This document shows, one piece after another, positions 28,101 through 42,345 of a stretch of 64,000 nt of DNA. The position numbers were made by a program, and so were the translations under genes. Under the pieces are notes generated by a model that ran no database searches, was not told the DNA's origin, and worked only from the letters and a program-made list of their open reading frames with translations. Within the stretch, counting starts at the first letter, position 1. Each line of letters opens with the position of its first letter. The DNA comes from the human T2T-CHM13v2.0 reference genome, Homo sapiens: NCBI RefSeq assembly GCF_009914755.1, contig NC_060933.1; one strand, given 5' to 3'.

Positions 28101-31100
28101 TTGCACTCGGGTTGATTGCATTCCATTCCATTCCATTACATTCCGGATGATTCCATTCCATTGCATTCCATTGCATTCCATCCCCCTGCACTCGGGTTGA
28201 TTACATTACATTCCATTTCCTTCCATTCCCTTCCATTCCCTTCCATTCCATTCCATTCCATTGCAATCGAGTTGATTCCATTCCATTCCATTCCATTCCA
28301 TTCCATTGCATTCCATTCCATTCCATTCCGGATGATTGCATTCCATTGCATTCCATTCCATTCCATTCCCCTGCACTCGGGTTGATTCCATTCCATTTCA
28401 TTCCATTACATTCCGTTCCATTCCATTCCATTCCATTCTGTTCGGGTTAATTCCATTCCATTCCATTCCACTCCATTCCATTCGATTGCAATCGTGTTGA
28501 TTCCATTCCATTCCATTCCTTTCCATTCCATTCCATTCCTTTCCATTCCATTACGGATAATTCCATTCCATTGCATTCCATTCCATTCCATTCCCCTGTA
28601 CTCGGGTTGATTCGATTCCATTCCATTCCAATCCATGCCATTCCACTCGTGTTGATTCCATTCTTTCCATTCCATTCAAGTTGAATCCATTCCGTTGCAT
28701 TCCATTCCATTCCATTCCCCTGCAGTCGGGTTGATTCCATTCCATTCCATGCCATTGCATTCCATTCCGTTCCGTTCCGTTCCATTCCATTCCATTCCAT
28801 TCTATTCGGGTTAATTCCATTCCATTCCATTCCATTCCATTCCATTCCATTCCAATCGAGTTGATTCCATTCCATTCCATTCCATTCCATTCCACTCCAT
28901 TCCAGTCCTTTCCATTCCATTCCACACGGGTTGATTCCAATGTATTCCTTTCCATTCCATTCCATTCCATTGCAATCGAGTTGATTCCATTGCTTTGCAT
29001 TCCATTCCATTCCATTCCATTCCGGATGATTCCATTCCATTGCATTCCATTCCATTCCATTCCCCTGCACTCGGGTTGATTCCATTCCATTCCACTCCAT
29101 TCCGTTTCATTCCATTCCATTCCATTTTATTCGGGTTATTTCCTTTCCATTGCATTCCATTCCATTCCATTCCCCTGCACTCGGGTTGATTCCATTCCAT
29201 TCCACTCCTTTCCCTTCCATTCCATTCCATTCCATTGTATTCGGGTTAATTCCATTCCATTCCATTCCATTCCATTCCATTCCATTACAATCGAGTTGAT
29301 TCCATTCCATTCCATTCCATTCCATTCCATTCCAGTCCTTTCCATTCCATTCCACTCGGTTGATTCCATTCTATTAGTTTCCATTCCATTCCATTCCCTT
29401 CCATTCCACTCTGGTTGATTCCATTCCTTTCCATTCCACTCGAATACATTCCCTCCTATTCCACTCGGAATGATTCCATTCCATTCCATTCCATTCCATT
29501 CCATTCCATTTCGTTCCATTCCATTCTATTCCGTATCATTCCTTTCCATTCCATTCCATTCCATTCCACTCGTGTTGATTCCATTCCTTTCCATTCTATT
29601 CGGTTTGATGGCATTCCATTCCATTCCTTTCCATTCCATTCCATTCCATTCCATTCCATTTTACTCGGGTTGATTCCATTCCATTGCATTCCATTCCATT
29701 CCATTCCATTCCGTTGCATTCCATTACATTCAGATTGATTCTATTCAACTCCCTTACTATCCATTACATTCCATTCTATTCGTGTTGTTCCATTCCATTC
29801 CATTCCATTCCACTCCATTCCATTGCACTCGGGTTGACTCCATTCCATTCCATTTTATTCCATTCCATTCCGGATGATTCCATTCCATTGCATTCCGTTC
29901 CATTACATTCCCCTGCACTCGCGTTGATTCCATTCCATTCCATTCAATTCCATTCCATTACGATTCATTCCATTCCATTCTATTCCGTACCATTCCATTC
30001 CATTCCATACCATTCCATTCCATTCCGTTCCATTCCGTTCCATTGCATTCCATTCCATTCTATTCGGGTTAATTCCATTCCATTCCATTCCATTCCATTC
30101 TATTCCATTTCATTGCAATCGAGTTGAATCCATTGCATTTCATTCCATTCCATTCCATTCCATTCCATTCCATTCCGGAAGATTCCATTCCATTGCATTC
30201 CATTCCATTCCATTCCCCTGCACTCACGTTGATTCCATTCCATTCCATTCCATTCCATTCCGTTCCGTTCCGTTCCATTCCATTCCATTCCATTCCATTC
30301 CGTTCCGTTCCATTCCATTCCATTCCATTCCATTCTATTTGGGTTAATTCCATTCCATTCCATTCGATGGCAATCGAGTTGATTCCATTCCATTCCATTC
30401 CATTCCATTCCATTCCTTTCCATTCCATTACGGATGATTCCATTCCATTGCATTCCATTCCATTCCATTCCCCTGTACTCGGGTTGATTCCATTCCATTC
30501 CATTCCAATCCATGCCATTCCACTCGTGTTGATTCCATTCTTTCCATTCCATTCAAGTTGAATCCATTCCATTGCATTCCATTCCATTCGATTCCATTCG
30601 ATTGCACTCGGGTTGATTCCATTCCATTGCATTCCATTCCATTCCATTCCATTCCATTCCGTTCCATTCCATTCCATTACATTCGGATTGATTCTATTCA
30701 ATTCCCTTACACTCCATTACATTCCATTCCATTCGGGTAGTTTCCATTCCATTCCATTCCATTCCTCTCCATTCCATTGCACTCGGGTTGATTCCTTTCC
30801 ATTGCATTCCATTCCATTCCATTCAATTCCATTCCGTTCCATTCCATTCCATTACATTCGGATTGATTCTATTCAACTCCCGAACTCTCCATTACATTCG
30901 ATTCCATTCGGGTTGTTCCATTCCATTCCATTCCATTCCATTCCACTCCATTCCATTGCACTCGGGTTGATTCCATTCCATTCCATTCCATTCCGGAAGA
31001 TTCCATTCCATTGCATTCCATTACATTCCATTCCCCTGCACTCGCGTTGATTCCATTCCATTCCATTCCATTCCATTCCTTTCTGTTCCATTCCATTCCA

Positions 31101-34100
31101 TTCCATTCCGTTCCATTCCGTTCCATTCCATTCCATTCCATTCTATTTGGGTTAATTCCATTCCATTCCATTCGATTTCAATCGAGTTGATTCCATTCCA
31201 TTCCATACCATTCCTTTCCATTCCATTACGGATGATTCCATTCCATTGCAATCCATGCCATTCCACTCGTGTTGATTCCATTCTTTCCATTCCATTCAAG
31301 TTGAATCCATTCCATTGCATTCCATTCCATTCCATTCCCCTTCAATCGGGTTGATTCCATTCCGTTCCATTCCATTCCTTTCCATTCCATTCCATTCCAT
31401 TCCGTTCCTTTCCATTTAATTCCATTCCATTCTATTCGGGTTAATTCCATTCCATTCCATTCCATTCCATTCCATTCCAATGCATTTCATTCCAATCGAG
31501 TTGATTCCATTCCATTCCATTCCATTCCATTCCACTGCATTCCAGTCCTTTCCATTCCATTCCACTCGGGTTGATTCCAATGTATTCCTTTCCATTCCAT
31601 TCCATTCCATTGCAATCGAGTTGATTCCATTGCTTTGCATTCCATTCCATTCCATTCCATTCCGGATGATTCCATTCCATTGCATTCCATTCCATTCCAT
31701 TCCCCTGCACTCGGGTTGATTCCATTCCATTCCTCTCCATTCCGTTCCATTCCATTCCATTCCGTTGTATTCGGGTTAATTCCATTCCATTCCATTCCAT
31801 TCCATGCCATTCCATTCCAGTCATTTCCATTCCATTCCACTCGGGTTGATTCCATTCTATTAGTTTCCATTCCATTCCTTTCCCTTCCATTCCACTCTGG
31901 TTGATTCCATTCCTTTCCATTCCACTCGAATACATTCCCTCCTATTCCACTCGGAACGATTCCATTCCATTCCATTCCATTCCACTCCATTTCGTCCCAT
32001 TCCATTCTATTCCGTACCATTCCATTACATTCCTTTCCATTCCATTCCATTCCACTCGTATTGATTCCATTCATTTCCATTCCATTCGGTTTGAAGGCAT
32101 TCCAATCCATTCAATTCCATTCCATTCCATTCCATTCCATTCCATTCCATTCCATTGTACTCGGGTTGATTCCATTCCATTGCATTCCATTCCATTCCAT
32201 TCCATTCCATTCCGTTGCATTCCATTCCATTACATTCGGATTGATTCTATTCAACTCCCTTACTCTCCATTACATTGCATTCCATTCCGGTTGTTCCATT
32301 CCATTCCATTCCATTCCACTCCATTCCATTGCACTCGGGTTGATTCCATTCCATTCCATTCCATTCCATTCCGGATGATTCCATTCCATTGCATTCCGTT
32401 CCATTACATTCCCCTGCACTCGCGTTGATTCCATTCCATTCCATTCCATTCCATTCCATTCCATTCCATTCCGTTCCGTTCCGTTACATTCCATTCCATT
32501 CCATTCCATTCCATTCCATTCCATTCCGTTCCGTTCCATTCCATTCCGTTCCATTCTATTTGGGTTAATTCCATTCCATTCCATTCGATTGCAATCGAGT
32601 TGATTCCATTCCATTCCATTCCATTCCATTCCATTCCATTCCATTCCATTCCATTCCTTTCCATTCCATTACGGATGATTCCATTCCATTGCATTCCATT
32701 CCATTCCATTCCCCTGTACTCGGGTTGATTCCATTGCATTCCATTCCAATCCATGCCATTCCACTCGTGTTGATTCCATTCTTTCCATTCCATTCAAGTT
32801 GAATCCATTACATTGCATTGCATTCCATTCGATTCCATTCGATTGCACTCGGGTTGATTCCATTCCATTCCATTCCATTCCATTCCATTCCATTCCATTC
32901 CATTACATTCGGATTGATTCTATTCAATTCCCTTACACTCCATTACATTCCATTCCATTCGGGTAGTTTCCATTCCATTCCGTTCCATTCCTCTCCATTC
33001 CATTGCACTCGGGTTGATTCCATTCCATTGCATTCCATTCCATTCCATTCAATTCCATTCCGTTCCATTCCATTCCATTACATTCGGAATGATTCTATTC
33101 AACTCCCTTACTCTCCATTACATTCCATTCCATTCGGGTTGTTCCATTCCATTCCATTCCATTCCACTCCATTCCATTGCACTCGGGTTGATTCCATTCC
33201 ATTCCATTCAATTCCATTCCGGAAGATTCCATTCCATTCCATTCCATTCCATTCCATTCCATTCCGTTCCTTTCCGTTCCATTCCATTCCATTCCATTCC
33301 ATTCCGTTCCGTTCCGTTCCGTTCCATTCCATTCCATTCCATTCTATTCGGGTTAATTCCTTTCCATTCCATTCGATTGCAATCGAGTTGATTCCATTCC
33401 ATTCCATTCCATTCCATTCCATTCCATTCCTTTCCATTCCATTACGGATGATTCCATTCCATTGCATTCCATTCCATTCCATTCCCCTGTACTCGGGTTG
33501 ATTCCATTCCAATCCATTCCAATCCATGCCATTCCACTCGTGTTGATTCCATTCTTTCCATTCCATTCAAGTTGAATCCATTCCATTGCATTCCATTCCA
33601 TTCCATTCCCCTGCAGTCGGGTTGATTCCATTCCATTCCATTCCATTCCATTCCGTTCCATTCCATTCCATTCCATTCCGTTCCATTTAATTCCATTCCA
33701 TTCTATTCGGGTTAATTCCATTCCATTCCATTCCATTCCATTCCATTCCAATCGAGTTGATTCCATTCCATTCAATTCCATTCCATTCCACTCCATTCCA
33801 GTCCTTTCCATTCCATTACACTCGGGTTGATTCCATTCTATTCCTTTCCATTCCATTCCATTCCATTGCAATCGAGTTGATTCCATTTCTTTGCATTCCA
33901 TTCCATTCCATTCCATTCCGGATGATTCCATTCCATTGCATTCCATTCCATTCCATTCCCCTGCACTCGGGTTGATTCCATTCCATTCCACTCCATTCCG
34001 TTCCATTCCATTCCATTCCATTGTATTCGGGTTAATTTCATTCCATTCCATTCCATTCCATTCCATTCCATTCCATTACAATCGAGTTGATTCCATTCCA

Positions 34101-37100
34101 TTCCATTCCATTCCATTCCATTCCATTCCATTCCTTTCCATTCCTTTCCACTCTGGTTGATTCCATTCTATTAGTTTCCATTCCATTCCATTCCCTTCCA
34201 TTCCACTCTGGTTGATTCCATTCCTTTCCATTCCACTCGAATACATTCCCTCCTATTCCACTCGGAACGATTCCATTCCATTCCATTCCATTCCATTCCA
34301 TTCCATTCCATTCCATTCCATTGCAGTTCGTTCGATTCCATTCTATTCCGTACCATTCCATTCCATTCCATTCCTTTCCATTCCATTCCTTTCCACTCGT
34401 GTTGATTCCATTCCTTTCCATTCCATTCGGTTTGAAGGCATTCCATTCCATTCAATTCCATTCCATTCCATTCCATTCCATTCCATTCCATTCTATTCCA
34501 TTCCATTGAAATCGAATTGAATCCATTGCCTTTCATTCCATTCCATTCCATTCCATTCCATTCCGGAAGATTCCATTCCATTGCATTCCATTCCATTCCA
34601 TTCCCCTGCACTCGCGTTGATTCCATTGTATTCCATTCCATTCCATTCCGTTCCGTTCCATTCCATTCCATTCCATTCCATTCCATTCCATTCCATTCCA
34701 TTCCATTCCTTTCCATTCCATTCCGGATGATTCCATTCCATTGCATTCCATTGCATTCCATTCCCCTGTACTCGGGTTGATCCCATTCCATTCCATTCCA
34801 TTCCATTCCATTCCGTTCCGTTCCATTCCATTCCCTTCCATTCTGTTCAGGTTAATTCCATTCCCTTCCATTCCCTTCCATTCCATTCCATTCCATTCCA
34901 TTCCATTCCATGCCATTCCACTCGGGTTGATTCCATTCCTTTCCATTCCATTCGAGTTGAACCCATTCCATTCCATTCCATTCCATTCCATTCCACTCGG
35001 GTTGATTCCATTCCTTTCCATTCCATTCGGGTTGAAACCATTCCATTCCATTCCATTCCTTTCGATTCCATTCCATTTCACTCGGGTTGATCCCATTCCA
35101 TTGCATTCCATTCAATTCCATTGCATTCCATTCCGTTCCATTCCATTCCATTACATTCGTATTGATTCTATTCAATTGCCTTACTCTCCATTACATTCCA
35201 TTCCATTCGGGTTGTTTCCATTCCTTTCCATTCCATTCCACTCCATTCCATTGCAATCGGGTTGATTCCATTCCATTCCATTGCATTCCATTCCATTCCA
35301 TTCCATTCCGTATGATTCGATTCCATTGCATTCCATTCCATTCCATTCCCCTGCACTCGGGTGGATTCCATTCTATTCCATTCCATTCCATTCCATTCCA
35401 TTCCATTCCATTCCATTCTATTCGGGTTAATTTCATTCCATTCCATTCCATTCCCTTCCATTGCATTGCATTCCATTCCATTCCATTCCATTGAAATCGA
35501 GTTGATTCCATTCCATTCCATTCCATTCCATTCCATTCCATTCCATTCCGGATGATTCCATTCCATTGCCTTTCATTCCATTCCATTATCATGCACTCGG
35601 GTTGTTTCCATTCCATTCCATTCCATTCCATTCCATTTCATTCCATTCGATTCTAATCCGTACCATTCAATTCCATTCCATTCCATGCCATTCCATTCCA
35701 TTCCAGTCCATGCCATTCCACTCGGGTTGATTTCATTCCTTTGCATTCCATTCGAGTTGTATCCTTTCCATGCCATTCCATTCCATTCGATTCCATTCCA
35801 TTGCACACGGGTTCATTCCATTCCATTCCATTCCATTCCATTTCGTTCTTTTCCATTCTATTCCGTACCATTCCATTCCATTCCATTCCATTCCATGCCA
35901 TTCCACTCGGGTTTATTCCATTCCTTTCCATTCCATTCGGGTTCAATCCATTCCATTCCCTTCCATTCCATTCGATTCCATTCCATTGCACTCGGGTTGA
36001 TTCCATTCCATTCCATGCCATTCCATTTCATTCCATTCCATTCCATTCCATTCCATTCTATTCCGTTCCATTCCATTCAATTACATTCGTATTGATTCTT
36101 TTTAATTCCCTTACACTCCATTACATTCCATTCAATTCGGGTACTTTCCATTCCATTCCATTCCATTCCACTGCATTCTATTGCACTCGGGTTGATTGAT
36201 TCCATTCCATTGCATTCCATTCCATTCCATTCCCCTGAACTCGGGTGGATTCCATTCCATTCCATTCCATTCCATTCCGTTCCATTCCATTCCATTCCAT
36301 TCTGTTCAGGTTAATTCCATTCCATTCCATTCCCTTCCATTCCATTCCATTCTATTCCATTCCATTCCATTCCTTTCCCCTGCACTCAGTTTGATTCCAT
36401 TCCATTCCATTCCATTCCATTCCGTTCCATTCCATTCCAATCCATTGTATTCGCATTAATTCCATTCAATTCCATTCCATTACATTCCATTGCAATCGAG
36501 TTGATTCCATTCCATTGCATTCCATTCCATTCAAGTCCTTTCCATTCCATTCCACTCGTGTTGATTCCATTTTATTAGTTTCCATTCCATTCCATTCCCT
36601 TCCATTCCACTCTGGTTGATTCCATTCCTTTCCATTCTACTCGATTGCATTCCCTTCTATTCCACTCGGATTGATTCCATTCCATTCCGTTCCATTCCAT
36701 TCCATTTCGTTCCATTCCATTCTATTCCATTCCATTCCATTCCATTCCTTTCCATTCCATTCCGTTCCATTCCATTCCATTCCATTCCATTTCTTTCCAT
36801 TCCATTCTATTCCATACCATTCCATTCCATTACGTTCCATGCCATTCCACTCGGGTTGATTCCATTGCTTTCCATTCCATTTGGGTTGAATCCACTCCAT
36901 TCCATTCCATTCCATTCCATTCCATTCCATTCCATTCCATTCCATTGCATTCCGTTCCATTGCACTAGGTTTGATTCCATTCCACTGCATTCCATTCCAT
37001 TCCATTCCATTCCATTCCGTTCCATTCCATTCCATTACATTCGTATTGATTGTATTCCATTCCCTTACACTCCATTATATTCCATTCCATTCGGGTTGTT

Positions 37101-40100
37101 TCCATTCCATTCCATTCCATTCCACTCCATTCCATTGCAGTCGGGTTGATTCCATTCCATTCCATTCCATTCCCTTCCATTCCATTTCGTTCCTTTCCAT
37201 TCTATTCCATACCATTCCATTCCATTCCATTCCATTCCATTCCATTCCATTCCATGGCATTCCACTCGGGTTGCTTCCTTTCCATTCCATTCCATTCGGG
37301 TTGAAACCATTCCATTCCATTCCATTCCATTCCATTCCGGATGATTGCATTCCATTGCCTTCCATTCAATTGCATTCCCCTGCACCCGGGTTGATTCCAT
37401 TCAATTCCATTCCATTCCATTCCGTTCCATTCCATTCCATACCATTCCATTCCATTCCATTCCATTCTATTCGGGTTAACTCCATTCCATTCCATTCCAT
37501 TCCATTCAATTTCATTGCAATCGGGTTGATTCCATTCCGTTCCATTCCATTGCATTCTATTCCATTTCATTCCATTCCATTCCATTCCATTCCACTCGGG
37601 TTGATTCCATTCCTTTCCATTCCATTCGGGGTGAAGCCTTTCCATTCCATTCCATTCCTTTCGATTCCATTCCATTGCACTCGGGTTGATCCCATTCCAT
37701 TGCATTCCATTCCATTCCATTCCATTCCATTCCATTCCATTCCATTCCGTTCCATTCAATTCCATTACATTCGGATTGTTTCTATTCAATTCCCTTACAA
37801 TCCATCACATTCCATTCCATTCGGGTTGTTTCCATTCCATTCCATTCCATTCCATTCAGTATGATTCCATTCCATTGCATTCTATTCCATTCCATTCCCC
37901 TGCACTCGGGTGGATTCCATTCTATTGCATTCCATTCCATTCCATTCCATTCCATTCCATTCCATTGAAATCGAGTTGATTCCATTCCATTCCATTCCAT
38001 TCAATTCCATTCCATTCCTTTCTATTCGGGTTAATTCCATTCCATTCCATTCCATTCCATTCCATTCCATTCCATTCCATTGCAAAATAGTTGATTCCAT
38101 TCCATTCCATTCCACTCCATTCCATTCAATTCCATTTAACTCGGGTTGATTCCATTCCATTCCATGCCATTCCATTTCATTCCAATCCATTGCCTTCCAT
38201 TCCATTCCATTCCTCTGCACTCGGGTTGATTCCATTCCATTCCATTCCATTCCATTGCATTCCATTCCATTCAGGATGATTCCATTCCATTGCATTCCAT
38301 TCCATTCCATTCCCCTGCACTCGTGTTGATTCCATTCCTTTCCATTCCATTCCATTCCGTTCCATTCCATTCCATTACATTCGTACTGATTGTACTCAAT
38401 TCCCTTACACTCCATTACATTCCATTCCATTCGGGCTGTTTCCATTCCATTACATTCCATTCCACTCCATTCCATTGCAGTCAGGTTGATTTCATTCCAT
38501 TCCATTCCATTCCATTCCATTCCATTCCATTCCATTCCATTCCATTTCGTTCCATTCCTTTCTATTCCGTAACATTCCATTCCATTCCATTCCATTGCAT
38601 TCCATGCCATTCCACTCGGGATGATTCCATTCCTTTCCATTCCATTCGGGTTGAATCCATTCCATTCCATTCCATTCCATTCCTTTCCGTATGATTCCAT
38701 TCCATTGCATTCCATTCCATTCCATTCCCCTGTACTCGGATGGATTCCATTCTATTCCATTCCATTCCATTCCATTCCATTCCATTCCATTCCATGCCAT
38801 TCCATTCCATTCTATTCGGGTTAATTTCATTCCATTCCATTCCATTCCCTTTCATTCCATTCCATTCCTTTCCATTCCATTCCATTGAAATCGAGTTGAT
38901 TCCATTCCATTCCATTCCATTCCATTCCATTCCATTCCAATCCATTCCATGCTATTCGGGTTAATTCCATTCCATTCCATTCCATTCCATTCCATTCCAT
39001 TCCATTCCATTCCATTCCATTCCATTCCATTCTATTAGGGTTAATTCCATTCCATTCCATTCCATTCCATTCCATTCCATTCCATTCCATTCCATTCCAT
39101 TTCAATCGAGTTCATTCCATTCCATTCCATTCCATTCCATTCCATTCCATTCAATTCCTGATGATTCCCTTCCATTGCCTTCCATTCCATTCCATTCCCC
39201 TGCACTCGGGTTGATTCCATTCCATTCCGTTCCATTCCTTTCCATTCCATTCCATTCCATTCCATTTCGTTCCATTCCATTCTATTCCGTACGATTCCAT
39301 TCCATTCCATTCAATTCCATTCCATTCCATTCCATTCCATTCCATTCCATGCCATTCCACTCGGGTTGATTCCTTTCCTTTCCATTCCATTCGAGTTGAA
39401 CCCATTCCATTCCATTCCATTCGAGTTGAACCCATTCCATTCCATTCCATTCCATTCCATTCCATTCCATTCCATTTCTTTCCATTCCATTCTCTTCCGT
39501 AGTATTCCATTCCATTCCATTCCACTCCATTCCTTGCCATTCCACTCGGGTTTATTCCATTCCTTTCCATTCCATTCGGGTTGAATTCATTCCATTACAT
39601 TCCATTCCATTCCATTCAATTCCATTACATTGCACTCGGGTTTATTCCATTCCATTCCATTCCATTTCAATCCATTCCCTTCCATTCCATTTCATTCCAT
39701 TCCATTCCATTCCATTCCATGCCATTCCACTCTGGTTGATTCCATTCCTTTCCATTCCATTCTAGTTGAACCCATTCCATTCCATTCCATTCCATTCCAT
39801 TGCACACGGGTTCATTCCATTCCATTCCATTCCATTCCATTCCATTCCATTCCATTTCGTTCCATTCCATTCTATTCCTTACCATTCCATTCCATTCCAT
39901 TGCCTTCCGTGCCATTTCACTCGGGTTTATTCCATTCCTTTCCATTCCATTCGGGTTGAATTCATTCCATTCCATTCCATTCCATTCGATTCCAATCCAT
40001 TGAACTCGGGTTGATTCCATTCCATTCCATGCCATTCCATTTCATTCCATTCCATTCCATTCCATTCCATTCCATTCCGTTCCATTCCATTCCATTAGAT

Positions 40101-41474
40101 TCGGATTGATTCTTTTTAATTCCCTTACGCTCCATTCCATTCCATTCCATTCAGGTACTTTCTATTCCATTCCATTCCATTCCCCTGCATTCTATTGCAC
40201 TCTGGTTGATTGATTCCATTCCATTGCATTCCATTCCATTCCATTCCATTCCCCTGCCCTCGGGTTGATCCCATTGCATTGCATTCCATTCCATTCCATT
40301 CCATTCCATTCCATTCCATTCCATTCCGTTCCATTCCATTCCATTCCATTCTGTTCAGGTTAATTCCATTCCATTCCATTCCCTTCCATTCCGTTCCATT
40401 CCATTCCATTCCATTCTGTTCAGGTTAATTCCATTCCATTCCATTCCATTCCATTCCATTCCATTCCATTCCATCCCATTGCAATCTACTTGATTCCATT
40501 GCATTCCATTCCATTCCATTCCATTCCATTCTATTGCATTCCATTCCATTCCATTCCCCTGCACTCAGATTGATCCCATTCCATCCCATTCCATTCCATT
40601 CCGTTCCATTACATTCCATTCCATTCTATTCGCGTTAATTCCATTCCATTCCATTCCATTACATTCCATTGCAATCGAGTTGATTCCATTCCATTCCGTT
40701 CCATTCCATTCCATTCCATTCCATTTCGTTCCATTCCATTTTATTCTGTACCATTCCATTCCATTCCATTCCATTCCATTCCATGCCATTCCACTCGGGT
40801 TGATTCCATTGCTTTCCATTCCATTTGGGTTGAATCCACTCCATTCCATTCCATTCCATTCCATTCCATTCCATTCCATTCCATTCCATTGCATTCCATT
40901 GCACTAGGTTTGATTCCATTCCACTGCATTCCATTCCATTCCATTCCGTTCCATTCCATTCCATTACATTCGCATTGATTGTATTCAATTCCCTTACACT
41001 CCATTACATTCCATTCCATTCGGGTTTTTTCCATTCCATTACATTCCATTCCACTCCATTCCATTGCACTCAGGTTGATTCCATTCCATTCCATTCCATT
41101 CCATTCCATTTCGTTCCATTCCGTTCTATTCCGTACCATTCCATTCCATTCCATTCCATTCCATGCCATTCCACTCAGGTTTATTACATTCCTTTCCATT
41201 CCATTCGGGTTGAATCCATTCCATTCCATTCCATTCCATTCCATTCCATTCCATTCCTTTGCACTCGGGTTGATTCCATTCCATTCCCTGCGATTCCATT
41301 TCATTCCATTCCATTCCATTCCATTCCATTCCATTCCATTCCGTTCCATTCCATTCCATTACATTCGGATTGATTGTATTCAATTCCCTTACACTCCATT
41401 ACATTCCATTGCATTCGTGTTGTTTCCGTTCCATTACATTCCATTCCACTCCATTCCATTGCACTCAGTTTGAT

Positions 41475-42345
41475 TCCATTCCATTCCATTCCATTCCATT
41501 CCATTCCATTCCATTTCGTTCCATTCCATTCTATTCCGTACCATTCCATTCCATTCCATTCCATGCCATTCCACTCGTGTTGATTCCATTCCTTTCCATT
41601 CCATTCGGGTTGAATCCATTCCATTCCATTCCATTGCATTCCGTTCCTTTCCATTCCCCTGAAATCGGGTGGATTCCATTCTATTCCTTTCCATTCCATT
41701 CATTCCATTCCATTCCATTCCATTTCGTTCCATTCCATTCTATTCCGTACATTTCCATTCCATTCCATTCCATTCCAATCCATGGCATGCCATTCCACTC
41801 GGGTTGATTCCATTCCTTTCCATTCCATTCTAGTTGAATCCATTCCATTGCATTCCATTCAATTCGATTCCATTCAATTGCACACGGGTTCATTCCATTC
41901 CATTCCATTCCATTCCATTCCATTCCATTCCATTTCGTTCCATTCCATTCTATTCCGTACCATTCCATTCCATTCCATTCCATGCCATTCCACTCGTGTT
42001 GATTCCATTCCTTTCCATTCCATTCGGGTTGAATCCATTCCATTCCATTCCATTGCATTCCGTTCCTTTCCATTCCCCTGCAATCGGGTGGATTCCATTC
42101 TATTCCATTCCATTCCATTCATTCCATTCCATTCCATTCCATTTCGTTCCATTCCATTCTATTCCGTACCTTTCCATTCCATTCCATTCCATTCCAATCC
42201 ATGGCATGCCATTCCACTCGGGTTGATTCCATTCCTTTCCATTCCATTCTAGTTGAATCCATTCCATTGCATTCCATTCCATTCGATTCCATTCAATTGC
42301 ACACGGGTTCATTCCATTCCATTCCATTCCATTCCATTCCATTCC
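41475..42345 (+). repeat. Tandem duplication, unit 419 bp
   Basis: CCAATCCATGGCATGCC (ATG at 41782/42201), TTCTAGTTGAATCC, TTCAATTGCACACGG and a private 1-bp deletion (about 41701/42120) all recur at +419. ORF pairs 41782/42201 and 41834/42253 agree. Confidence 0.9.

Larger units (their letters stand above)
1..34720 (+). repeat. HSat3 sub-domain I
   Basis: Marked by module ...CTCGTGTTGATTCCATTCTTTCCATTCCATTCAAGTTGAATCC (about 21 copies, 163 to 33551), CAACTCCCTTACTCTCC...GGGTTGTTCC, CTCGAATACATTCCCTCCTATTCC and CCGGAAGATTCC. These words are essentially absent from 34.7-55.4 kb. Confidence 0.85.
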
